From Hydrurus foetidus (lineage: Eukaryota): a stretch of DNA of 43,092 nt. Position numbers and translations under genes: made by a program. The DNA is taken from assembly GCA_900617105.1 (NCBI GenBank), contig UYFQ01000583.1:1-43092 (forward strand). Reading direction: 5' to 3'. The notes under the pieces were generated by a model that saw only the letters and a program-made list of their open reading frames with translations, was not told the origin of the DNA and searched no databases. This document shows, one piece after another, positions 1 to 11,461 of this stretch; position 1 is the stretch's first letter; each line of letters opens with the position of its first letter.

Positions 1-559
1 TAATTTTTGATTAGAATTAGAGACGCATACTGCCCAATCAACATTGTCTCGTATCAAAGAGCCAAACCTGTCATCTTTGCTCGCTATTGTGACTGGCTAC
101 TTAAACTCTGGGTGTTCTACAAAGTGTTGCCTCTTGTAAAAGTTGTTGTCCTTAGCAACATCTTGTATTTGGGTTTTGCATAAATTTCACTTTTCGGGGG
201 GTCTGGACTTGTACAAAGTGACCTAGGTCCACTGTTGTGCACTTAACTGACTACTTGGCGTTTGGTGAATATATTTCTGGGGTGACTTTTCGGTGTTGTT
301 TCTTGGTATAATTTGCATTTGGAACGATTGGCTGACTTACTTTCAAGTGAATTTTCAATTTACTTGGTCGTTTTGTCTTGTCAAAATCGACCAAAACCGC
401 TTTTCTTGGTTAGTTACCTATTTCTCTGGGCTTTGGACTTTCATCTCTCTGCAATATTGGCTCAGTGTTTTCTGGGAATATTCACTGGGAAAAGTAAAAC
501 ATTTCTGACGCGGTTGGTTTACTCTACTACTTTGCTTCTAGTGTTCTACTCACCTAACA

Positions 560-1695
560 ATGCAGAACATCGAGAGAATGTGCGCGCTTTGCCCCCAGAC
601 ACCCGTGACTGGGGCAAGCTTGGTTCGCCACGTCATTATCACTCGGGGAAATCAATAGAGGTTTTGCGGGAATTCGAAGATTCGGTCAGTGCCCCCATTG
701 CCCAGTACGCTGTTTGGAGACAGGGCTCCAGAAGCACATCAACGCGCGGCACCCGGCCCATGCAGTCCTAGCCAGACCTGTCCAGGTGCCTCGCGTTCCT
801 TTACCCATTATTGCACCTCCCGTGCAACTCGCTTCTCCTGTCCAAGATCAACAGGAGGCGGTACAACAGGTCCCAATCAATCCCCAAGAGGATGCACACC
901 AGATGCCTCCTCCCGAGGAGGGGTTGCCAGACGGCTTCCCGGAGCCACTCCCGCAACCCCTCCCACTTGATCCAAACATTGCCGAGTACAGTACACTCGT
1001 GGGTCACTTCCATCGCGGCGCATACAATTGTCACCACACGTGGAAGCCCCTACTCAAGTCCATCGTCCTCACCCTATTGCAAGACTGTGTGAAAGACGAC
1101 GAGGAGAGTGCAACCAGGGGAATAGCAGCGCTTCAGCTTTTACCAGGCATGGTGGAATATATCCGATGCTTTAGGAGACAGAAAGTGTGGACTCCCATTG
1201 GTTTTCTTCGGGATATTGAAGTCGCCCCTGACAAGGCCAGAGACATCATCCGCATCGCCAGAGACTGGGCACCCCACCTCCGCGTCCAACCAACAGTGTG
1301 GCCACAACCCAACGTGGAACACCTCAGGGCGCGAGTGGAGTCCCTTGTGTCTGAACATCGATTGTCCGCGGCCACAACAACACTGGGGCATCTGGATGAT
1401 CTACTCAAAGGGGTCCAACAGCCGGCGCCCGCGTCGGCCGAGTTTATGACAGAGAGGATTAACGCGCTGCATCCAGAAGCAGACAACAGAGACCTCCTTC
1501 CTCCAAGGGAGGACGACCCACCACTGGACGATTGTTTCCAGCTCACCCCAGACCAAGTGCGGGCCAAGTTTTATTCTCTACAGAACAAGAACACGGCGGC
1601 AGGGAACACGGGGTGGACCAACATTTGGTTACGAGCCATCGGGGATGACCGCAGTGACCCACAGTATGTCCACCAGGTTACACCACCAAGCCCCC
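560..1695 (+). CDS. N-terminal part of the non-LTR ORF: two C2H2-type zinc fingers, Pro/Gln-rich linker, pre-RT region; frameshift near 635-645
   Basis: ATG560 reads MQNIERM-CALCPQTPVTGASLVRH (C-x2-C-x12-H). The frame of ORF 714 extends upstream to GQ-CPHCPVRCLETGLQKHINARH. Downstream ALHP and AAGNTGW resemble the pre-RT motifs of CRE/R2 elements. Confidence 0.7.
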
Positions 1696-1919
1696 TGTGA
1701 CCCGTACACCGGGTATACCGGGTATACCGGGTTCGGGTACAAACGTACGCACGGTTCGGATCGAGGACGATCCGATCCATACGATTTGTTGCGTGATATC
1801 TGCTGTGCTTATCTGTAAGCTAATCACATTGCTATCCTTTAGCATCGTTCCACCATCGCTTCACCTTTGCCCTCCGCCGTCCGGATCCCCGTTCCAGCCA
1901 AGGCCTCAGTGAGACCACA
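1696..1919 (+). repeat. 5' LTR of G1 (224 bp)
   Basis: TGTGACCC...GAGACCACA, identical by eye to 8868-9091. Contains short CCGGGTATA tandem units near its start. Confidence 0.97.
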
Positions 1920-2480
1920 GTAAGCTTACTTGGAATCAGCTAGCCTTTCAAGACTAAAGCCGATTGCCAAATCAAGATTTCCCAAACCGCTAGCCGACTC
2001 ATTTTCGAAGCGAAAAGAGATTGTCAATAGCTTTCTGTAACAGAAACGACTATTAGACTATATAGAGAGTTGATTCGCAAAGCGACAGCCTCTATCTCTT
2101 CGTCTTAACGAAGCTCGATCTCAGCGATTCCTCGCTAAATCAAGAAATCCCATCGAAAACTTTCGTCACACGAAAGCCGACACGCCAGTAGTAGCTTTCA
2201 GCATCGAAAGCGCTACTTAGAGACCCAATAGCAACGCTCCGTTCGTGGGATTGCCCGCTCTGCAGGCCTCGCCGAGAAATTTCCTCCCGAAATTCTCGTC
2301 AATTTCCTCCCGAAATTGACCAAACCATTCCAATCCTCCTTTCTCTACTACTCCACTCTATACCTACCAGTCTTCACAAAAGTTCAACCTATCCTTCCTC
2401 TCTCTGAATTCACCGCGTCCGAGTTCCGTCGCGGTCCCTTCAATAAACTACCGACCATTATCGTAGCGAAGACGAAGACA

Positions 2481-5020
2481 ATGGAAGCTCAAGATATCCT
2501 CGACAAATCAGCCTCCCCAGGAGCAAATACTACTTCCCTCGGCCTACCAGCCGCGACAATGCTTAGCATTCGCAAGGCACGAAAGGCCGAGGAGAAGATG
2601 AGAGCAGAAAACATTGCTCGAAGCAAATCTCTCATGGCCAGACAAGCCATAAAGGCCTCAGCCACCGCCACCCGCATTCCCGACGAGATTGCCGCCCGCA
2701 ACTCCGAACGGTCTTCAGAACGTAAGCGTATTCAAGATGCTCAAAAGACATCAGACGCAACGACTGAAGACGAAGTGGCCATGATTGCATATGTCCTAGA
2801 GGCAACAAACGAAGACGAGAGACGAGAACGCGAGATCTGCGCTCGATCTCGTCCGTGCTCTAGCACCTCAGTTGCAAAAACCATCGACGTAGAGGGAAGC
2901 CCAAAAGGCAGACCAAAACGAAGAAGAGGAGGCAACGAGAAAGACAAGAAAGCAAACGAACAAGATATCCCTGATGATGCTAAGTCAATCGAGAGTGAGC
3001 CCATCCCCGTCAGAAAATCATCTCGAACGACCAGGGTTCAAACCTCGATGGAGGTGGACTTAGAGTCGGGAGAGGACGAGGAGGATGAGGGCGACATCGA
3101 AAACGACGAGAGATCAACGACAACGACGACGATAACGTGATAGTTGCGGAGTCAGTGTCGGATGAGGACGATCGATCGTCAGACGAGTCAGTTGCATCCA
3201 CATCCCCTGAGAAGCGCAAGACTAAGTCTCCGCCAAAGCTAACAAAAAAGATTTCCACAAGAAAAAGATCATCGTTCCACAAAAGACAAAAAAGGCAGAG
3301 CAGTTAAAAACTGCATCAGCAAAAGAGTCTAAGGAAGATGTGTCTAAAAAGACCATCCTTACTCAGAGGCCAAAACCGAAGACGTCTGCGGCGACAAGCG
3401 CCGCGTTGAAATTAAAACAACAGAGGCTGCACGCAGACGCAAGGTGGAGGAAGATATCGACGATGAGCAGAGTGATACCTCAGTCTTATCAGACGAGAAT
3501 TATCAGCAACAGCGTACACTCATCAATATGAATGAAGTATTCATGCTCAACGCCGAGGAACTCTTGACAGACGGTCCCGGTACTATCCAAGCACTCCACG
3601 ATCAAGCCAATCAGCCCAATTTCAAAATACATTGAAAGCAGATCATTACCGAGAATGCTCTGGTTCCTATAAGGTTCAGACTCAATGGAATGAAGGCGGT
3701 TCTTGGGTGCACCCAACCAGAATGTTCCACCTGGCCCGTCATCCGTGGTGTCACCTTATCGATTCGACAGATCGCTAAGGACTTGACAGCCTGCTTCTCA
3801 CAGGCGACTAGGACGTCCAACACGACCTAAGATTGCAATGAGAAGATCAGAGCATACAATTTTGCATACGACTTCGCTGACGCATACGTCGAAGAGGCAT
3901 CTATCACTCGGTTCGAGGAGATCATCACGCTGTATTACCCAGATAGAGCCGACCTCACACGAGAGCGCGAAAACGAAATCTGCAAAGCCTTTTACAAAAA
4001 GCTTCCAGCAGAGAACGCACTCGGGATGAAGTTCTTGGAGGCCACAAAGACGTCCATAAAAAGACCAAGAGAGACACTATCCAAGACATGTACATGCGCC
4101 TCAGCGACCACCTCAACACCGCACGTCAATGCGTCAACGACGCATTGACGCGGAGTTGGGGAATAGCAGATACCGCTGGGCCATTCCAGACAGCCCAACT
4201 ACCGAGGAATCAAATAGACAACGAAGCTCGTTGTCTAATGCATCATACTCCTCCAACCTGCACGCAGTGGGATTCCACCAGAGGAGGACACACGCGCACC
4301 ACCATACAAGGCGATCGCAAAGCGTCAGCCAGAGGTACAACATTACCCCGGCCTTGACCGCAACACCAAGCTGTGCCACACCTGTGGGCGCAACGGGCAC
4401 AACCGTTACAATTGCCGATTCCACATGAACGAGCATTGCAACAACTCGCACAAAATGTGGTCCGAATCCCTTATGGGGCTCGAATGGAAACGGCTCGGTC
4501 ACAAACATTTTGTAATCGATGCACATCTTCCATCGGGCGGAGTATCTCGGGAACGAAAACAAATCCACGTCCCGAATAACTTCGAATTCCCCACGGAAGA
4601 AGAGGACATTGACATGGGTAACACCCAACAAAAGTCAAACCCTCGGCAAGGTACCAGTGCACCACCATACAGCAAGGCTAAAAAGCCGGCGTACGACGAC
4701 AGACGAAGAAGTGAGTTTTCAATACCACCTGTCAGTGTCGCAATTTTACCGCGTATCGACTTACCTCGAACACGAACATTACTTTCAGCTATACTACCTG
4801 AAAAAGTAAATGATTACTTACAAGTCAACATATCTCTCCCACAGATCAGTATGGCCCAAGACAAGACGAGCGCCCTCGCAAAGACGACCGCGCACAAGCA
4901 GAAACGACAACCGCGACCGCGACCGCCAACGCAACGAGCGAGAGGCCTTCGCGCGCGACAAGGCGAAAGAAAAGGAAGGATCCTCCAGCAGCTCCAACAA
5001 GCCCTACTCCTCAAAGTAGA
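2481..5020 (+). CDS. G1 gag region (fragmented by several frameshifts), with CCHC zinc knuckle
   Basis: Chain of overlapping ORF pieces 2316-5156 with a charged low-complexity N-terminus. Knuckle CHTCGRNGHNRYNC begins at 4374. Start codon uncertain. Confidence 0.7.
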
Positions 5021-5023
5021 GGC

Positions 5024-8000
5024 ATGGATGCACTGGCCCAGATCGATACGGGGTGCGAAGTCGGTGACGTCATTAACCGTAGAGTCCTCGAGGGCCTACG
5101 GGGCGAACACCGCTTACGCGACTCCGATTCACCTATGTGGATTTGTTCTGGTTTAGATAATAAGTGTATTGAATCCAAATCTGTGCTTGATATTGTTGTA
5201 TCATTTAAAAAGATTCTTTAAAATACATCTTTTCTCTTCCAGTCCGCATTGCCGAAGACTCTGAAATAGATTTAATTATAGGTATAGATACCATAAAAAT
5301 CTAAATTTAGTTAAAATTATGCCCGAATTTTTCGGCCATAAAAACCATACTGATCCATGGACCCGTATAGAAAATTCAATGGTACTAACCACGAATAATC
5401 TGACGGACGTCAACCCAACCACCGCGGTCCAAGAACCTCCAGTCAATAATGACTTGGACGGGGCAAAACCCTCCAACACAGACAACCTGAGGCAGGGTGA
5501 CATGGTGTCTGGAGGTGCTTGTACACACAAGAATTGCACATCGCCATATGGGTGTTCGCAGATTCGAGTAGCGGCCGCTACCGACCCTGTTCAAGACGGG
5601 TCCGTCTTGCAAGTATGTGAGAAGTCAACAACCCACTTGACTTCTCCTCGACAAGATGGTTTAGAGCTCACGCTCGACAGAGAAAAGGAAGTAGCTATCC
5701 AAATCTCCCCTTCCATAACTCCACCCCAAACATATGGCTTTGTCGCGGCTCTACTTCGGGAGAAGGAATATCTCCCTGAGGCTCAACCTTTCGGTCCGGA
5801 AGAAATTGACTACAAGTCAAAGGACACATTCGCTCCTTTTATGCTCTCAACGCACACATCCACGGATATCATAGACCTCATTCACATTGAAGGTACTCAT
5901 GAGGAAATTGCACGGATTCGAGAAATATGTGTAAAACACATAGTCCTGTTCAAAAATGAACTTGGACCAGAACCAGCAAGAATACCACCATTTGATCTTC
6001 CCGTAATGGAGAAACAATGGAAGGTTCCCAAAAACAGACATGCATCACGCATACAGTCTACAAAAAGACAAACAGTTATACGAGAGCTAGTGACAACTAT
6101 GCTCAAAAGTGGTATAATAGTAAAGTCAAATGCATCGCATTATTCTCAAGTAATCCTGGCACCCAAACCGGATGGTACCTTCCGATTTTGTATTGATTAC
6201 CGTGGACTCAATGAAGCTACGGAATCTGCAAGTTGGCCAATACCAAATATAAGACTCATGTTAGGACGTCTTGGAGCTGCAAAAGCAGATACCTTTGGTG
6301 TGATTGACCTCACAGCAGGCTACCACCAGGCACCAATAACGATGAGCACAAGAATTTATACAGCCTTCATTACATTCATGGGCATATATCACTTTACAAG
6401 ACTTCCGTTTGGACCTAAACGCGCGCCATCATATTTTCAAGAAATGATGGCGTCAATAGTCTTAATAGGTCTTATCTACTTCATTTGTGAGGTGTACCTT
6501 GACGACATCATAGTGTACGCAACAGGGCACTTACAATTCTGTGAACGATTGGAAATAATATTTCAACGTTTAGAAGAGAAAAATATTTCACTTAAAGCAG
6601 CTAAGTTAAAACTTGGTATGAAAAAAGTGGAATATGTCGGTAAAGAAATATCAAAGGATGGTATAACTATGAGTTCCAAAAAGATAAAAGGCGTGACCGA
6701 CTTTCCGATGCCAAGAAAGACGACAGAAATGAGGTCGTTTCTCGGACTCACGAATTATTTTAGGGATCATGTACCGAACCACTCAAACGTAGTTGCTCCT
6801 CTACAAAAGATGATCCTGCACGCATCCAAAAAGCAAACATTGCTAATATGGACCGACGAAGCAGCTGATGCATTCTATATGATTAAGCAACGAATCGCAG
6901 AGAGTCCCTTGCTATATTTCATACACGATACAGCCCCAATAACCTTAATGACTGATGCGTCAGATTACGGTATTGGAGGTTACTTGTATCAGGAAGTCGA
7001 CGAGAAGAAACAACTCGTCGCTCTCGTAAGTAAGTCTCTTACCAAGACACAACTGAAGTGGTCGACAATACAAAAGAAGCCTTCGCGCTCTATTATTGTT
7101 GTACTTACCTCGACGCACTACTACGGGATCGTAAATTTACAATTCTCACGGACCATAAAAATCTTACCTTTATTGAAAAAGATAAAAATGAAATGGTTGG
7201 CAGATGGCGAGTCGCCCTGCAGGAATTGGATTATACGATAGGCTACATACCAGGAAAAGATAACGACATTGCAGACGCGATGTCACGCCTATGTTTAAAC
7301 AGAATGGAAAAGAAATCCGGACTAATGTCATCACTACATGAAAAACAATTAACGACAAATGAGCAATATGAACTCATTGGAAGTTGTCACAACGCAACAG
7401 TCGGACATGGTGGTGTACAACGTACGTTACGGAACTTAAAAACAAAGAAGAAAGTGTGGCCGGGCATGAAAGAAGCAGTAAAAACTTTCATTAAAAATTG
7501 CCCTTGTTGCCAAAAGATGTCTGCGGTAAAAATACCAGTCAATTCTTACACTTACACTACTTCAACATACAAACCAATGGAATGTCTCAACATAGATTTC
7601 ATTGGACCATTTCCTGATAAAGGATACATTTTAGTCATGATTGACACATTTACACGATTCGTCGAACTATATGCAACAAAAGATGCAACCGCTAAGGCGG
7701 CATGCACAGCATTAGTGGAACACGTCGGACGATACGGATCTCCAAGATTCCTTAGATCTGACAACGGTCCTCACTTTGCCAACCATGTTATTGAAGAATT
7801 TACAAAACTCGCAGGCACAGTCCACGAGAAAATTCTCGCCTATTCGTCGGAACACAATTCAATTGTAGAAAGAATGAATAAGGAAGTTAACAGGCATATT
7901 AGAGCATATACGTATGACAGAGCATCAACAGAAAATTACCAAGAAATTCTACCATTTGTTCAACGTATATTAAATACAACAATTAATGATAGAACAAAAA

Positions 8001-8653
8001 TTTCACCGGCACAAATCCTTTATGGAAACGCCATTAATATGGATGAAGGAATTTTAATCCCAAGAGGAGAAGTTAACCTCATACCAGAAAATATAACAAT
8101 TTCATCTGCAAATATGATAAAGATACAAAGTGATCTTATTCGAATTGCGGCAAGACTCCTTAAGGAATCTGATGATGAACACAATGAGAAACAAAACCCA
8201 GAAATAACACATTTCGAGGTAGGCTCATACGTACTCGTTACTCAACGCACACAGCCAGAGACACGCATGCACACATTGTGGCGCGGTCCTCTTCGAGTTC
8301 TAAGCAATAAGAAAGGAGAATATACGCTACTCAATCTTATTACTCTTAAGAATGTTAAATACCACATGTCACAATTAAAAACTTTCTTATTTAATCCAAT
8401 GCACACTGATCCAACAGATGTAGCACGTCGAGATTATTTAGAATTCTTCATCGAAGAAATAGTAGATATGAGGGGAAATATTTCATCTTATGGAGATTTA
8501 GAGTTTGAGGTCAAATGGCTCAATTATCCCTCAGAAAGTAATACCTGGGAACCGTGGCGAAGTCTAAGAAAAACAGACAAACTACACAATTTTCTTATAA
8601 GTAAGAATCTACGTCACCTAATTCCAAGAGAATTCAGGTTAGACTACGTCTAA
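5024..8653 (+). CDS. G1 pol: aspartic protease, RT, RNase H, integrase, chromodomain (frameshifts near 5215 and 7075)
   Basis: AQIDTGC (PR); RFCIDYRGLN, PFGPKRAP, YLDD (RT); TDASDYGIG (RH); H..GHGG..CPCC, IDFIGP, SDNG, VERMNK (IN); FEVKWLNYPSESNTWEP (chromodomain). Confidence 0.95.
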
Positions 8654-8854
8654 AAGACACAAAGGAGAACAACAATATCATTGATGATTCCCCCCATTTT
8701 TTTGCGTCTCATCCGAGACGTTTTAGGAGGTTTAGTCAGTAGGCAATAATTTTTTTCACTATTATTATTGAGTCTGACATAATTGTTGTTACTTAACATA
8801 GACTCACACGTAGTTTAGTATTTATCATAGAGTAACAAATCTAGCTTCTTCTTC

Positions 8855-8864
8855 GAGGAGGGGG
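8855..8864 (+). other. Polypurine tract of G1
   Basis: GAGGAGGGGG lies 3 nt upstream of the 3' LTR. Confidence 0.85.
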
Positions 8865-8867
8865 CAC

Positions 8868-9091
8868 TGTGACCCGTACACCGGGTATACCGGGTATACC
8901 GGGTTCGGGTACAAACGTACGCACGGTTCGGATCGAGGACGATCCGATCCATACGATTTGTTGCGTGATATCTGCTGTGCTTATCTGTAAGCTAATCACA
9001 TTGCTATCCTTTAGCATCGTTCCACCATCGCTTCACCTTTGCCCTCCGCCGTCCGGATCCCCGTTCCAGCCAAGGCCTCAGTGAGACCACA
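8868..9091 (+). repeat. 3' LTR of G1 (224 bp)
   Basis: Direct repeat of 1696-1919. Confidence 0.97.
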
Positions 9092-9095
9092 CCCC

Positions 9096-11266
9096 TCCAT
9101 GTGGCATTCACTGCTTTCTTCAACAAGATCCTCCAGGGCCGAATTGAAGGCGAAGGCAGAGAACCACTTGTGACAGCACGCTTGATCATGATTCCGAAAC
9201 CTCAGGGAGGTTTGCGTCCCATACGGATCGAGTGCGCCATCATGCGGTTCATGAGTGCCACGGCCGCCGCACTTGCACGAGTCGTGGTATCACCACTGCT
9301 CCATCCTATCCAGCTCGGAGGAGGCCTCAAGTGCGGCGTGGAGTTTGGGGCCAGGTTATTGGACGCAGCTTATGCACGAGAAGACGCAGTGATCTCCATT
9401 GACATTGCCAGCGCCTTCAACACTGCAAGACACCGAGCCATCTGGGATGGCCTCGCAGACAAGTTTCCCGGTATATTACGCTATTACCGAATGAAACATG
9501 AGTTCCCAGCCAAGATGATTGGGAACGATGGCAAGACAGTAGCATGGACACGAACGGGGGTTGGGCGAGGGGATCCGTGGGGCGGGCTCTTCTTTGAAGT
9601 AGGAATGCATCCCGCATTACTACAGCTTGCGCAAGAAGTCAAGAACGTGGAAGCCCAACTCAACCGCCAAAGACCGGACAACCCAGTATTACGCCCTGGT
9701 TCAGTGTCCGCATATGAAGACGATACCCAAGTACGCGGAGAGTTAGATGTCATCTTTAGGGTTGCCCCACGGATCGAAGGGATATTCGCACAACACGGGT
9801 TTGCTGTTAGTGTGCCCAAGTCCAAGATTACGGGATCAGAGGTCGAGAACTACCTTGACCAAGCACCAGACGGCTTCGCCATTGATTCGGAAGGGCTTAT
9901 TGCATTAGGAGTCCCAGTTGGAAGCGATCACTACCGCAGGTCCACGACAGAGACCAAGGTGAAGAGCATGGAACCCCCGGCAGAGGCACTCAAGCTACTG
10001 CGACCCCGAACAGCCCTCCAGCTGCTCCTCAGTTGCATCAGCCCACGTCCCTCTTTCTTGTTCCGCACTGCTCCCGACCCCTCTGTCACACACAAGGCCG
10101 CCAAGGAATTTGACGCAAGCATGATCACCGCTGTAGCAGCCATTTTCAAGCTTGAGGTGTCCCCAGACTTGGCCAATAGGGTTCACCTTCCACTGCGCAT
10201 GGGAGGCTTCGGCCTCACTCGTCACCACGGAATGGCCTCAGAGAAGAACCAGATCCTCAGTAGAACTTTCTACACAGCTTTCCTTGCCCAACACTACCCC
10301 AGCGAACTCCAGACCACACAACAACTTTACGAATTGTCTGAGGTCCGCCTGGGTGCAGTGGAGAACAAGACGGAAGCTACTGAGATCACCGATCTAGTGA
10401 TGGCCACAATCACAGACAAGAACTGCTATCAGATACTAGCAGATGGAATGAAGAAGGCTCAGAAGCAAACCTACAAAGACATCCACATCGCGGCCATTTC
10501 CGCTGGGTTGTTCTCCAGGGCTGCTTGGATTCTTAGTGCTGCCACATCGACCACGGCTTACCTCACGTCCACCATTGGCATAGACAATGACGGATACTTC
10601 GGGGCTGCAGAGTTTCGCTGCGCAGGGAGAAACACACTAGGGTATGGTCCCAGGACTACTGCCCCAGGTGAGAGACACACTTGCACTTGCCGTCACGTAT
10701 ACGACCCGCTTATGGAGCCTTTCCACGGCATGAGTTGCGCCAACAACAAGGGCTTTCGGAACAGGCGCCACAATGACCTCAGAGACCTCCTGTACAAGCT
10801 GATCAAGAGAAGGTACCCAGCCCTGACACCTGCCCAACTTGAACTGGAGACTGTAGTCGGGCAAGCGCCGGATCGTGAGGGTGCACTACGCGAAGTGAAA
10901 GGGGATGTCATATGGTGGTCAGAAGGGGAGAAGCTAATCATTGACATTATGTGCATTGATGTGGGTTGCAAGAGTTACTTAGAGCCACCGGTGAGCTCAT
11001 ACCAGTCGGCAGAGAGGGCTGCAGTACACGCGGAGGAGGTCAAGAGAAGGAACTACGCCAGAGTCACCATCCCTGCCCCGATACGCCCCGCCTGTGTATT
11101 GCCCTTCATTGTGGAAGCCTCGGGTCGCCTTGGTCCAGTCGCACTCAGTGTGATCAACAGGATCTGCGGTACACAAACCTACATGAAGTCCACATTCCTC
11201 AAAGAAATCTCTATGATCACGGCCAAGTACACAGGATTAATGCTCAAAGCAACTCAGGACCAGTAG
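9096..11266 (+). CDS. C-terminal part of the non-LTR ORF: reverse transcriptase, CCHC knuckle and restriction-like endonuclease
   Basis: ORF 9101-11266 (721 aa) carries RT and RLE motifs and continues in frame from 1695. Confidence 0.9.
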
Positions 11267-11461
11267 TTTCTTGACTTACTTAATAGTTATATATAGACAA
11301 ATATAATAAGGTTTTACCGTTTATAAAACATGGTGTAATCTAAAAAATAACAGAGGTTCTATGTTGTTCTATAACGTAAAATCCTCCGGTTGTTTGATTA
11401 TCGTCGGGTGAGATTTTGCACCCCCTTCGGGGGAAAATCGTTTACGTTACCCGTTACCCCC

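Larger units (their letters stand above)
1696..9091 (+). mobile_element. Complete Ty3/Gypsy chromovirus-type LTR retrotransposon (element G1)
   Basis: Identical 224-bp LTRs (TG...CA), flanking CCCC duplication (1692-1695 / 9092-9095), a PPT, and domain order gag-PR-RT-RH-IN-chromodomain. Confidence 0.97.
560..11460 (+). mobile_element. CRE-clade-like non-LTR retrotransposon (single ORF: C2H2 fingers - RT - CCHC - RLE endonuclease), interrupted by a Ty3/Gypsy insertion at 1696-9091; 5' UTR probably extends upstream, ends approximate
   Basis: Removing 1696-9095 fuses ORF 714-1695 in frame to 9096-11266 (...VTPPSP-L-HVAFTAFFNK...). RT motifs GLRPI, DIASAFN, GVGRGDP, YEDD. C-terminal CTC..H...C knuckle, RRHND, KGD..IID, EEVKRRNY and PFIVEASGRLG are typical of RLE-type elements. 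Confidence 0.85.

Noticed and set aside
1..559. Possible ribozyme or snRNA/SL-RNA target upstream of the LINE; ORFs 293-508 and 313-771
   Set aside because: No convincing HDV-like fold or RNA-gene motif by eye. T/G-rich sequence, probably 5' UTR, and the ORFs lack recognisable motifs.
1697..1912. Duplicated 71-aa ORF (also 8869-9084)
   Set aside because: An incidental frame within the identical LTRs.
1931..1942. TGGAATCAGC as a tRNA-iMet PBS of G1
   Set aside because: It starts 12 nt from the LTR end (a PBS is normally within a few nt), deviates from TGGTATCAGAGC/TGGTAGC, and pairs in a local hairpin. Not fully excluded without the host tRNA set.
2277..2318. Short direct repeat AATTTCCTCCCGAAATT x2 in the G1 leader
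   Set aside because: The repeat is real but has no counterpart in G2 and no inferable function.
7060..7090. Programmed ribosomal frameshift inside RNase H of G1
   Set aside because: The break falls in the conserved QKEA motif, G2 is continuous here, and one missing A explains it.
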